Counted from the whole stretch's first letter, positions 51,746-63,785 are shown. The stretch is 63,785 nt of DNA, filler included, from Choristocarpus tenellus KU-1152 (GCA_964200185.2; 14 parts of 14 records of this genome joined end to end with filler, not necessarily neighbours in it); one strand, 5' to 3'. Numbers and translations are program-made. The notes: a model not told the origin generated them from the letters alone.

Positions 51746-52168
51746 AGAAACTGTTGCATGTACGAGGGGGGATTGTAGCACTACCCAGCCAGACAGCTTT
51801 TGCTTGCCTGGCTGTGCCTGGGGTGGCATACTCGTGTAGCTGGAGGGTAGAAGAAGGAGTGGGCTAGAAAGAGTTGGAGGTTAAGTGAGATGCAGTCTGG
51901 TGAGTGGGGCTGTTGGATGGGTAGGATATCAGTGGAAACCTCCAGGCATATGGAAACGTGTGTCACTTATCTGATCAGAGGTCGTGAGTTAGGTAGGAGG
52001 TGAAAAAAACCACATGTGGCACAACCTCACACACCGAGTATCTCCATACCCCCCCACGGAAGCACTCGATTTACTGACATTGCATAATCAGGTAAAGGGT
52101 AACTAAGATTAATATGTATCTAGCATTGGGCGAGGCTTTAGAATTGATACCACTCGAAAGTGGGTGGA

Positions 52169-52424
52169 GAGTCAAACTATCTTAGAGAGTAGAGCCGCGT
52201 CCATTTGGGGACCAAAATCCGTTGTTGCGATTTTGATGTAATATTAGCTGTCAGTTTGTTAGGAAGTGTCAATATCTATGTTTCGGACACACCTCTTCAT
52301 AGCGTATACATTTTACCTACTCCTAAACATTTTGGAGTAGGAAAATGTCATTAGAAAAAAATGGAGTCCAAGCCCCAAATGGACAAACAGAGCAAAATTC
52401 GTACCCTCTAAGATACTTTCATTC
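52169..52424 (+). mobile_element. MITE family B, full length (flanks TGGA/TGGC)
   Basis: Both TIRs present; near-identical to 52808-53061. Confidence 0.93.
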
Positions 52425-52807
52425 TGGCGTTAGGAACTCTATGTGGATGCTGCTCTATTTCGTAGCACTTCTTGGGCAACACCACTGAGAATTGGGAGTC
52501 GCTACTTTCACTATTATCCGTCTGTATACTGCCTTTTCCACACTTGGCCCAAGCTCTAGAACACCACTTACGTTGGTGACATGTGCTATTAATTACTGTG
52601 TTTTTCGTCTTTATTGTCGACACCTTTTCTACGAACCAGTAACGATAATGACTGTGTGTGTGTGTGTTATAGCATAGACGCGAGCCTATATGCTTGAGCA
52701 CCACTCGCTCACAATGACCAATTGTGCACTGACTGACTGACTGACGTCTTGACTGTCCAGAGCTTGCATTCTAGATCGCCCTGACACTCATGCTCGGTTC
52801 TCGTGGT

Positions 52808-53061
52808 GAGCCAAACTATCTTAGAGAGTAGAGCCGCGTCCATTTGGGGGCCAAAATCCGTTGTTGCGATTTTGATGTAATATTAGCTGTCAGTTTGCTA
52901 GGAAGTGTCAATATCTATGTTTCGGGCACACCTTTTCATAGCGTATACATTTTACCTACTCCTAAACATTTTGGAGTAGGAGAATGTCGTTAAAAAAATG
53001 GAATCCAAGCCCCAAATGGGCAAACAGGGCAAATCTCGTACCCTCTAAGATACTTTCATTC
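52808..53061 (+). mobile_element. MITE family B, full length, TSD GGT
   Basis: GGT at 52805-52807 and 53062-53064. Confidence 0.93.
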
Positions 53062-53199
53062 GGTATGAAGGAAATGTCCACTTTCTCCCAAGACAAAAAG
53101 AGACCGTTTCATTCGTTTAATTTCGACAATTGTTAATATTCTAGGTACGACTAAACCATCTTCAATTGCAAGGGTGTGATGTTGTCTGATTGGCGGTGA

Positions 53200-53690
53200 T
53201 CTTTGGTAGAGCGATACTTACAACAATTGACGGGACGGGTTTTGACTTCGATGGTGACACACGATATGAACTCACAGCGAAAAACATAAAATTATGGACG
53301 TTTTTTCGGGTGGAATACACATCAATGGGCGTTTGCTTGTTGGCGATCATTAATTTGCCTCCAATTTCTTACCATGCTTACGTGGTGTGTATATGTACAC
53401 ACGGACCTGATAATGATTAAAATGCAACCCTGACTACCCCTCAATTGGTTTGACTCATCCACAGGATATTAATATTGAACACATTAACTTCCTCCTCGAG
53501 TATGCTCATGTGCGCAAGAGGCTCAATAGGTATTTGTACTATGGAGCGTTCACGTTGCAATTGTCAAGGTTCAGCATCACTGTAAACAGAAGCAATGTCG
53601 GGATGTAGCCTCCTGTCAATGATGACTTTGAGAAGTTTTCAATAAGGGAACAAAGACATTAATTTCAGGCTGGTGGTTGGAACTCGAGCC
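53200..53690 (-). pseudogene. Possible decayed Sola-like DDD transposase core
   Basis: GYIPTLLLFTVMLNLDNCNVNAP*YKYLLS, then frameshifted LAHMSILEEEVNVF..LWMSQTN*GV; cf. P..L.LQLDNC..NKNxY...F..V.F..VGHTH.D.D. Confidence 0.45.
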
Positions 53691-53822
53691 TGAAAGGATA
53701 GAAACTGCACACAAATAAATAAGGAAGTAGAAGTAGTATATGTAAGAGTGAATCCATCAACGAGGTGGGCCGATTTTGAGCCTTTTGGGTTTGAAGACCC
53801 TTTTGAACCCTGTGCAACATAC

Positions 53823-53895
53823 TGTTCGTAGATAGTGCTGCTGGTACACTATAGACACCATCGGTGGAGTAGATTAGGAAATGCAGACACCACTG
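53823..53895 (+). mobile_element. Probable LTR start, identical to 9488-9560
   Basis: 73-bp identity up to the contig end. Confidence 0.65.
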
Positions 53896-54369
53896 NNNNN
53901 NNNNNNNNNNNNNNNNNNNNNNNNNNNNNNNNNNNNNNNTTAATTAATTAANNNNNNNNNNNNNNNNNNNNNNNNNNNNNNNNNNNNNNNNNNNNTAAAA
54001 CGACGCTACGAGGGGGGTCCACAGATGATAACCACGTACGGTGTCAGCTTGATGTTTAGCTCAGTCAATGTCTGGCTTTTCGCTTTATCAAAAGAGGTAC
54101 ATCAAAAAGAACTGAAAGATGTGGTGAGCTTTCGGCCTTCTATTATCTTTCATCCACCATTTTTCTACAGTCAAAGAGTTAAATGAAGTCTGCAAACTGA
54201 CTGCTATGTAGATACTTCAATCATAAATCTTTATTCTGCAACTTGAAGAATTGGACTCTATTCTGTAAGACTATGTTTGAATTTAACATCTTACTCTGCA
54301 TCTCCTATCAAATCATCATTTATTCTGTAAGGCTACCTATGTGTTACTAATATCGTATATTGTTCGCAC

Positions 54370-54535
54370 TTGTTAGGACGCGAGAAACAATGCTCACACT
54401 ATACGTCTGTCACAAATGTTCGTGTTTGCTAAAACATGGGAAGAAATGCTCGCGCTATTCGCGTGTAACAAATGCTCACACTTCATTGGAACACAAGAAG
54501 AAATGCTCGCGCTATTCGCCTGTAACACATGTCCA
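54370..54535. repeat. Degenerate tandem repeat with period of about 57 bp
   Basis: AAGAAATGCTCGCGCTATTCGC.TGTAACA occurs twice, with a weaker unit upstream. Confidence 0.75.
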
Positions 54536-54558
54536 CCTGTTTTTCTTCTGTCCACGTT

Positions 54559-54740
54559 GGCTCAAAGTATCTAGGGGGGAGTGCCGGCTATCCATTCGGG
54601 GCTCATTTTTCCATGTCGCGATTTTTGGGTGATTTGGTTGCATGCGTCGGATGGATAATGCAAAATCGCATCTCCTGGTCGATCAGGGCCCGGATGGACA
54701 CCCTGGTATAGATCCCCCTCCCCCCCAGATACTGTGAGCC
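54559..54740 (-). mobile_element. MITE family A, full length (flanks GTT/ATT)
   Basis: GGCTCAAAGTATCTA...CAGATACTGTGAGCC. Confidence 0.92.
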
Positions 54741-54960
54741 ATTGCTTGTTTTCATTTTTGTTCGCAAGCTCCCCAAACATCATTATCTTGGGGAGTCACT
54801 CATTCCCCATGTGAGCAACAGACCCAGAAAAACTGGGCCTCCACTGGCGCACTGTTGCCTTGATACTCTCACACCTAGTCTTTGTAAGACCATCTTTGTC
54901 GGATAGGACATGATCGTGAAAACCTATGTAGTGGAGAGGAGTTTGTGGTGGTGGGAGCAG
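54741..54960 (-). mobile_element. RTE-like LINE fragment
   Basis: LHYIGFHDHVLSDKDGLTKTRCESIKATVRQWRPSFSGSVAHMGNE*LPKIMMFGEL. Confidence 0.8.
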
Positions 54961-55098
54961 AGCTTCAGATATTGAGCCTGATGGAGTGTCCATTTCATAC
55001 AACTATATAACAGAACTTCAAGTACTTCAGCTTTGTGAAACGTCAGCTACACGCACAGGAGGGGGGGTTGTGGGGTACTGGTGGACGATCTATGTGAC

Positions 55099-55766
55099 TG
55101 GGTGCATGTGGACAAGAAGTGATTTACATCCTCAAAGGTGGACAAGGTGTGTACCTGCACCCCCCTGGGGACCCCCCCACCCCCCAACAGGCACAGAATA
55201 AGCACTGCATTATGAAGACAATATTTCTTGCAGCTTTGGCCTGCCCTAGGAAGCTCTCCAATGGGGTGTGGTTCAATGGGAAAATCAGGATCTGGCCGAT
55301 TGTGGACACAGCACTCCAGCAAATACTGCCCCAAGGGCACCAAGGTGCTTGTGCCAGCCACGGTGGACGGGGAGACGTATAAGAAGCTCATGATCAAGGG
55401 TTTCATCCCGGCAATCAACGTCCCCATGCCTAAGCTGGAAGGACGTCTATCTCCATGCAGCAGGATGGAGCAAAGTCACATACCAAGGGGGGGATAATGG
55501 AGGCAACTGAGAGGGTGGGGGACGACATTGTCATAGAGACAAAGTCAGTCAACTCACCTGACCTCAACGTCAACGACCTGGGATTCTTTCATCCCACCCA
55601 GCAACTGAAGGAAGATGTGGGGGTGACCAACGCAGAGGAGGTGGTAGAGGCCATAATGGAGGCTGATGTGTACCCCCAGGAGACACTAGAGTGTGTCTGG
55701 CAGAGCCTCTTCGCAGTCTATGATGAAGTGTTGAGGTCAACGGGTAATCAGAATTCCCCATCTTAG
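55099..55766 (+). pseudogene. Tc1/mariner DD39D (plant-type mariner) transposase relic
   Basis: WVHVDKK*F, K.IFLAALACPR...FNGKIRIWPIV, QQDGAKSH, NSPDLNVNDLGFF; frameshifted. Confidence 0.92.
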
Positions 55767-57000
55767 GAAGGAAAAGACTGAGAAGGTGGGCAAGCTCCCC
55801 CGGATGCTCTGGTGGTTGTGGTGAAATATCGTGCTGGAATGGAGTTTTGGAGGGCTTCAAGGGCGGTCATAGGTAGGTACCCCATTTTGTTTGAGTTTTT
55901 GGTGGGCAACCTCTTAGTGTCTGCACAATACACCCATGAAATAAGAATGCGCGAAAAAAAATATTGCTTCTTTATTGGGACTGCAAAAGCTATGCTACGT
56001 TGAATTCTGAACGGAGGAAGGAGTATTTAGTCACTCTAGACCATACATGTGGCATGCATATTTTTTCAGTCCTTTCTGTTTACCCCGATATTAAAGCAAT
56101 AAAGTGGAATCAAAGTGAGAGATCATATATATATCCCATCATGCTAAGCCTGTGGAGAGTTTGTAGCAAACTAATGGTACTGCCTCAGTTCTTGCGCCTT
56201 GCTTCTCACCTGTTGGGTTCAACACTCCCACAGGGGGTCAACTGGTCGTCAGTCCGTCTCCTCCCTTAAATCTTGTACTGAACCCAACTTTCTCCACCTT
56301 TGTATTGGTCTATCTTTTTTGTGATTCCCTCATGGAATAAAATAATCGAAGGGGTTCGAACCTTCTGAATTATTGGACCTAGCACCCCCTTGGTCATTCA
56401 CCCACCATACCCTCCTATAATACTGTTGGAACAAATAGAAGCACCAAAGAAGAGGCATCAATGGACCAAAGAAGTCATTTTGGGTTCTTCGATGTTCTTC
56501 ATTTTTCAAGATCGTAACTAATGGAAATGAGTACGTCACAAAATGGAAACACCGACCCTTCACCATAGTTCATAGATGACCAACCAACTAAATTGTACCC
56601 AAAGTAATGTGAATTAAAACAAAGACTAAAAGCGACTAGAGAATTGACTACGAAATTTTTCCTTTCTAAAATCAAATCAGAAGGTCAAACAAATACATTC
56701 TAATAATAAGAACAATTGTACAACCAGTCAACATAGCCAAACCAACCCAAAGTCGTTCATGGGGTCCATGACCGAAAACAGAGTTGAGGTTTGACACCCA
56801 TTTTGAGGATAGTCGATTGCGGGACAAACAGCCCCCTTTTGGTTGTTCTCATGACTTCTTTGAAAGTCGCACCCACTTCAATTGTCCATGGATGGACCTG
56901 CGAGACTCTAAAGGTAACCCTCCTAACTGTTCACCTTCGATTGTTGATGTCTACCCCTAATGCAATATCTGTCTGCTTGTTCACAAAGGTGGAGGGTTCA

Positions 57001-57118
57001 ATGTTTTTTTTGTACGCTTCAAAAGGAAAGTCTCACGCCCTTTCGCTCTCCGACGAAGGTTTTAGCGGAGAAGATGAGGAGGGAGCTCGTGATCAAGGAC
57101 AGAATTTACAAACTACAG
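57001..57118 (+). CDS. Possible first exon upstream of the DEP exon
   Basis: ATG...ACAG|GTGAGT consensus donor; acidic peptide. Confidence 0.35.
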
Positions 57119-57996
57119 GTGAGTGTGGGATGAACTTTAAGAAACTGTACATCCCTAACCGATATCAAGAAGGCACCCTGATTTATCTTCCAATCGTTTG
57201 ACTGGGAGAGATGTAATGGCTTGTTCCTTGTCCATTTGTACGGCAAATAATGGTGGTGCGTTTGCTGCTTGCTTAGGTCATTTGTCTAAGCTCTCTAATT
57301 TGGTCGCTTGTCAAGAACTTTGCCACTGCCACCCCTATCCTCACCGAGTAACCCTACTCTAGCATAACTACCAGGAGTGTCAATCACAGGTTGAACTTGC
57401 CTTCAGTTCTTCCATTGACACATTTTTTCAGTGATGTTTTACCCACATGTCAGAAAATATTTTTTGTTGCAATCATGAGATCCTATCTGTTGAGTTGTCA
57501 ACCTCACTTCTCTCAGTGGTAAACGGTTTTGTTTGGGGTACGTGATGACTAGCTAGTGGAGTGCCGCTCATATATACTCTTCGAGAAGTGTGATATCCAA
57601 TACCCTTGAACGAAGCGATGTGTCGTGCGCTCAATATGAAGTTCAGTTGTTTTGTAATCGGCGTTTTGCTTTGGTTGGGGTAGTGTTACGGAGTAGGTTT
57701 GTAGTTCTCCGCTTTTGTGACAACACTATAAAATTGCGAAGGAGAGAGATAGAAGCGATCCGTCTTCAAATAAATATTCTTGAGATTAGATTACCATGAG
57801 CACCATTGGTGTACATACTGATATTCTGAGGACTTTTGTATGGACAGCAACCTGTGGCACTCTTGTTGGTTACGTGGGGAACAATCGGCCCAAGAATCGG
57901 CACACAATGTCATTGCCAATAAGTATTGTGCTTGGCACCTCACCCCTTTCCCACTTTTGTTGGGCATGACTCCGGGTGCTGACTGCTGTAAAACAG

Positions 57997-58189
57997 ATAT
58001 ACCGGTCCTGCTTTGTTGGGTCTAGTGCTGTGAGGTGGATGGTACACAATGGATATGCTGACACCGAACGGGAAGCAGAAACTTTGGGGAATCTCTTAAT
58101 AGACCATGGTTTCTTTGCCCATGTGACCAAAGAGCATATGTTGAAGAACGATTACCTCTTCTATCGTTTCGCTGAGGACCATGAGCAGG
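57997..58189 (+). CDS. DEP-domain exon
   Basis: YRSCFVGSSAVRWMV....TEREAETLGNLLIDHGFFAHVTKEHMLKNDYLFYRF is a canonical DEP pattern; AAACAG acceptor, GT donor. Confidence 0.88.
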
Positions 58190-61001
58190 GTATTTTATGC
58201 AAGATTATAGGTACAAAATTCCTATAGTTTGACGAGATGGAGTTAGACAAAACAGCAATATGGGGAACTTGTGAGACATTTCCCCTTGAAGTTTTTTTCC
58301 GCCATATTTTAGATTACATTACTCTCTGTGCTGAGTGTGTCACAGTACACCTGTGGTTGTATAATTGGACAGTGACAGTGGGCTCCTCCTGGGGGAAAGG
58401 GTGAAGAATTTACTGGATTAAGGTTATCCAACAAAGATAGAAGTGCATACGTCCTTTCAATAGTGAATCCCTGAAAGGCTTGTTGAAGATGCTGTCTTGA
58501 ATTAGTCATAGTGATACCAGTAGGAGTTTACACATCATATGTTGTTATCCATGTTGACGGTGACTACTCTGTGTATATATAGCACATGCCACACCATGTG
58601 CGATGATCAAATAACTCCATCGTTAATGGATATGAATTGTTGCTGGGTATCAGACAAGTCCTTTGCTGTATTAGAAACAGCACTTTTGCAAAAGTGCATG
58701 GACTTTGACGGTGCTTTTAGTGTGTTAGGATTCAAATAGTCGAATTCAGATCTACTGCTACTCAGGTCCATTGAAGTCCTTTATCTCGTAACATCTTACC
58801 TCACTCGATGCAATACCAGCTCTTCCTTCCTGAACTGTGTGCCTGATGTTCACTAATTAGTCGGTTGATCCCCCGTGCTCTAACACCCAAGTTATTTTCT
58901 GCATTGTGGAATGTGAAAGACAGATTCCTGTGGAGGTCATGGATTCAAGACCAAGCATGTCACTATTCATTCTATTCCCTTCTTTTTTTATCTGGTAAAC
59001 CACAATCCTATCCTTGCTCAGATACGTATAACCAGGATACCCTCTATATTTAATGCACGGTGTTTGACATTAAATGTTGTTGTACAACAAAAAAGTACCC
59101 TCATCATAGTCAAGACATCCTCCAGTTCATTAGTAGTTACTCTGAAATGCTAATCTGATTTGAAGTTGCACTCCGAAATGCTATCAGCTCTCTGCATCAA
59201 GTTCATCTCTCCTTGCAATACCATGTATAGATACACCTTCTTTGCCATGCTTATGCATACTGATAATGAGCAACCTGTTGATATGGTAATTCGCTATGGC
59301 TTTCTACTGTTGAGTCCTTGTGGCAGTTTCATACACCACAACACTGCCAGGAGACAAGAGGGCACAAGGCGAGTGTTGCTCATGACTCAGAGTTTCTGTC
59401 TCCAACAAAGAGTATTCTATTCACATACTTTTCTAAGATTCTGTTATTTGACGTTAAAGCATGATGTATGTACATCCATATACTCTGGAGTACGAAATTC
59501 AGCGGGCATGCATTGAAATCCTCACAAGGATATACTATACTGTGGAGTATTTTTATGAAGTACTCAGCATGTTAAGATACTCAACATTTTAATAGTCAAA
59601 AATGACTTGAACACTATCTCATGGTCGTAAAATAATACATTCATCATTATGCATTAACACCATCCAGTTGTGGCTGAGCTATTTGGAAGCCACCGTATGT
59701 TGTTGTTGTCATGACTGTATCCCCAAATGTTATTACTGCAAAGCGGAGTATCATTTGAGTTAATATATGTGCTTTCTACTTGTGCAACTCTAGTGTCCTT
59801 CTCCAAGTACAATTACTATCCCTGGTACTGTATTCGCACCTTCAATCGAACAAGTCGCCCTGTGAACCCTGCTGAAACTAGCAACCCCGCAAGAATGGGT
59901 CCTTCTGTTTGTGAGCTCCACCATGTCCCTTGGAAGTTATGACCTTCATTAAGAGGGCGATCTTCTAGGCGTTCAACATGCCAATAAATGTGGCATTTCC
60001 ACTTTCTCCCTTACACCGAACTTGCTGGAGATCAGGGTATGCTTGGAGTTGCGCGTGGATTTATCAACCAATTGAAGTGGGGCGTTACAGTCAGGCCTTT
60101 TGACGAGGAGTAGGGAACATACAAGACAGGAGCAGCAGCTCGCATGCCCCTCATGATCAGCAACAACAAAAGAACCAAGACGAGAAGTGCAGTCTAGCCT
60201 ATAATGATTCTGTTGTCTAACCCATGATAGGTGGTTGTGCGTGTATCTTGCCAGCTAATGCATAGCCAATGTGTATGTGCTGTGTCCTTAACCATCGCTC
60301 CAATTGATGCTGTAGTGCGACTCTTCATTGGTCTGTGCATGGCCCTCGCCAGTGTGTAGTCTACCATCTATAGATCATGCTGGTGTTCCATACCTCTCTT
60401 GTTACTACTACTAGTATCCAATCCGCAACTCAAAACAGTAGTTGTTACTGTCCCCGTTGTGATTATGTGTATTGACCGCTGCACACCTTCAGTGACTCGG
60501 ATGGGGTACTGCAGTCCTCTCACAAGCAGAGTGCTGAACCTGGCAAAAAGGTGGGGGGGAAATAAGAGGATAAACTCCGCCAGGTGGCATTCACGGTGCT
60601 TTAGTAGCACCAAGATGAGAGGGGCAGGGCCGATTATGCTTGACAGGTTCTGTGTCTGTGCAGGAGGTTATGATATACTCCTAACAAAATATACTCATGT
60701 AAAGGTGGAATCCGTGTTCATGTTCGATGGCCAATGCGATCAGCAATAGCAGAGGATTCTTACTGACGATTAAGGCCTCACAGGTACTGCCAGACAACAT
60801 CGAAACGATATATTCGAGCTCTGCTGTCTGTGCAAACTAGAACTCAATTGTGTTCAACAAAATATAGTCGGACTCAGGTAGAGCCCTGAAGGTAGTTACA
60901 GATATATATCCATAACTTTCCGTCTAGTGATAGATGCTGTCCTTATTTTCAAACATTCAATTGTCTAACTCGTTGTGATGGGTACCAGACGGGTGACCCA
61001 A

Positions 61002-61046
61002 GGGTCAAAGTATCTTAGGGGGGGAGGGTGGTTTGTGAGGGGGCGT
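61002..61046. mobile_element. Family A-type end at contig end
   Basis: GGGTCAAAGTATCTTA-polyG. Confidence 0.8.
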
Positions 61047-62176
61047 NNNNNNNNNNNNNNNNNNNNNNNNNNNNNNNNNNNNNNNNNNNNTTAATTAATT
61101 AANNNNNNNNNNNNNNNNNNNNNNNNNNNNNNNNNNNNNNNNNNNNCTATCCATGAAGCTTATGAATGATTTTCCAGCTCACCACGATTAATTAGTCGCT
61201 TCGACGATTGATTTCCCGTTTTTTTCTAAAAACGATAGTGTGTCACATCAATTCTGCGCCGCTTTTTTCGGGCATGCCTCTTGGTGAATAAAATCGGGAC
61301 ACCTACTGTAGTATATAGTATAGTATATGTCATTTGAGTTGCATCACATATTGTTTCAATTTTGTTTTGTTCTGTTGTTTGTTTTTCTTTCACTCTTTCT
61401 CCTTATCAGCAGAAGATGACAGTTGTACATTGATGGCTGATTATAACTTCTTTCGTGACTGCCATTGATCCCTCAAATTGCATCAACGCCACTCTNNNNN
61501 NNNNNCAGAGTTAAAACCATCCGCGGAAACCCTTGCCAGCCAAGGCAACAAGCCTCTCCACAGAGCATGGACTTCTTTTGTTGAGTACCACATGAAAGAA
61601 CACTGAATTCACATCACATCATTCTTGACTGAGAGATCAATGACCTAAGTTGCAACAGAATTAATACATCGGTGCTTTGCAGCATCATCACACCTCTACA
61701 TAACATAGACTACGCATATCACTCATCGGCGCTTTGCAACACCATGATTCCTCATCGCTAGCAGTCTACGCATTTTGCCTACATGTACGATGCAAGTCGT
61801 GCCAATACCATGTCTTTCTGCCAGATCTTCGATGTACAAGCTCTGATCCACCACGTATCCCAGTTTCCCTGTTCCTCCTGATCCTGCATCCCGTAAATTT
61901 GGTTACCTCACCCAAATTCACCACCGGGAACTTCTTATTAATTCCCTTGAGGAGATACGCACAGCATAACGGGACCCTGGTTTCTCAGCCGTCAGCATGT
62001 CATAAACATGAACAATCATGATGATCACAACCTCACCATCCATGATCATTCCGAACAGACATGGATCTGGCTCAGATTGTTCAAATCCCAGCTCCAACAA
62101 AACTTCGACCAGCAGAAAATTCCAGCTCCGAGAAGCCTGGACTATCCCTTGCAGGGACTTCTTCAGCAATCCGACT

Positions 62177-62230
62177 AAAATGGGCCCCGAATGGATAGCT
62201 GGCACCCCCCCTCCTCAGATACATTGGGTC
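62177..62230 (+). mobile_element. MITE family A, 3' fragment inside Copia RT
   Basis: AAAATGGGCCCCGAATGGATAGC...CAGATACATTGGGTC. Confidence 0.8.
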
Positions 62231-62609
62231 ACTGCTCCATCAAACTTCGCCTTTCCTTCGGGATGTTCCACATATATGGTTTCCTCCAAGTCAGCCTGTG
62301 TGAAAGCCTTCTTCCCATCGCTGTGGATCAATACATAATTCATCTTCGCTGCTAGTGCAAGTAACATGCGAAGAGAAGCATGTGTATAGGTGTTGGTGAG
62401 AATGACTCAAACTAGTCCTCCCCCTTCCTCTGGCTGGAACCCTGGACAACCAACCTGACCTTGTACCTTTCCACTTCTCCATTAGCATCCATCTTCCTGG
62501 TAAACACAATCTTTGTCCCAAGTACCCTGTGACCATCAATGGGGCGAGGTACTTGAATTCACACTCCCCTGCTATCCAGATCATCCACTACTTGATCAAT
62601 AGGTGCTTT

Positions 62610-62789
62610 GGCTCAAAGTATCTGGGAGGGGGTGGCGGCTGTCCATTTCGGGTCAATTTTTACTTATCGCGATTTTTGTGTGATTTGGCTGCCATATGTC
62701 AGATGGATAATGCAAATGCACTTTTCCCAATTTTGATCCAAATGGACACCCTCGTGTAGACGCCCCCACCCCCCCAGATACTTTGGGTC
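62610..62789 (-). mobile_element. MITE family A, full length, TSD TTT
   Basis: GGCTCAAAGTATCTG...CAGATACTTTGGGTC; TTT on both sides. Confidence 0.93.
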
Positions 62790-63760
62790 TTTCCACAAAG
62801 GCCACACTCCTCAGACTCTGTCGCTGCTCTCATGGTCTTAGGTTCTGGTGGGAGGGGTTTATTTCTCTCGCCCATAAGCAGCCAGTCTCCGCTCATACCG
62901 TAGTGTACGCTCTGATGGTCCACCAAGTTCAGGTGAGGGGTCGCTGTTATGGTCCGCAAGTCACAGTAAGAACCTTCCACCACTCCCCTGCTGTGACGTA
63001 GGCGGATCCATACCACCAGCACCAGTTTTCAACATCCCATCAGTATTTCATTCTCCATAGTGCTCTCCACGTCTATTCCACCTTCCCCCCTTCCAAAACT
63101 TTGAATCCAAACCCACTTTTTCCGAAGACACCCGTTCTGAAATCATTTCCTGTGGAACCTCTTCTTCCGATCCCAAGGAAATCCTCAAACACCAAATCCT
63201 CAGTCCTCAGCCCAAAGTCTTCTTGCTACTCCTCCGACATTTCATCTGTTAAAACATAGGCTACTCACTCGATTTTCTTTGATACGATACAGCATCGTCA
63301 GTCCATTCTGAACGTTGATTTGTCCATTGCAATGGTCGCTATTCCCATTTGCATCATTAGCTCATTAGCTCATCATCACAACTCACTTAGAAGATGTACG
63401 ACATTAGTTACCTTAGATATGGATCCAAGCTTGGCTTCACAGAGAGGATGGATTTCTCATTTGAATATCTCAATGAATAATCACACAGTTTCTATCAATC
63501 ACCAAATGCTTGAGTAATATATGCCACAAATGCCAGTACCCATCTCACTTCAACCGAAGTCTGATTGAGTAAGACGTCCCTGCCGACACATCAAACCGAA
63601 CCCGCACGTGCAGGTTGCACTATTATATGTTAAAGTATCCCCAAAATCATCAAAAAGGATATAGGTGATAAACCTAGCGAGATTGCTTGGTGTCTGTAGA
63701 GTGATTGATTCAAGTTAGGTGGGGCATGCAATGCCCCATAAAATCAGAGATATTTCCTCT

Positions 63761-63785
63761 GACCCAAAGTATCTGGGAGGGGGGG
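63761..63785. mobile_element. Family A-type TIR at window end
   Basis: GACCCAAAGTATCTGGGAGG. Confidence 0.85.

Larger units (their letters stand above)
61540..63620 (-). pseudogene. Decayed Ty1/Copia pol (RT region and flanks), broken by two MITE A copies; outer limits approximate
   Basis: [51 protein letters not shown]. Confidence 0.85.

Noticed and set aside
60399-60749. LINE AP-endonuclease N-terminus
   Set aside because: Resemblance too weak to support by eye.

Overview
Eukaryotic, intron-rich and transposon-rich DNA. It is most likely a brown alga or related stramenopile; this is inferred from recalled Phaeophyceae-type retroelement peptides and splice-site style, not from a search. 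The window is not contiguous: 14 short contigs are joined by 13 artificial 100-nt linkers (N44-TTAATTAATTAA-N44), so nothing should be read across a linker. Recognisable host genes, all partial: ClpP last exon, a secreted-type kelch protein head-to-head with a coiled-coil/ankyrin protein, a CLEC16A/FPL-domain gene with a GC-AG intron, an acetyl-CoA hydrolase/CoA-transferase, a DEP-domain exon, and a probably pseudogenised large Gly-rich extracellular protein. Most of the rest is decayed Copia, Gypsy, RTE, CRE/RLE-type, mariner DD39D and possible Sola-like relics. The most striking structure is a dense set (about 28 full or partial copies) of short TIR elements in up to four families. They share a G(A/G)NNN-AAAGTA end, and families A-C also share a subterminal GTCC(A/G)TTT motif. 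They show sequence-nonspecific 3-bp and 4-bp target duplications, with three empty sites reconstructable inside this window, plus a candidate relic of the mobilising transposase.
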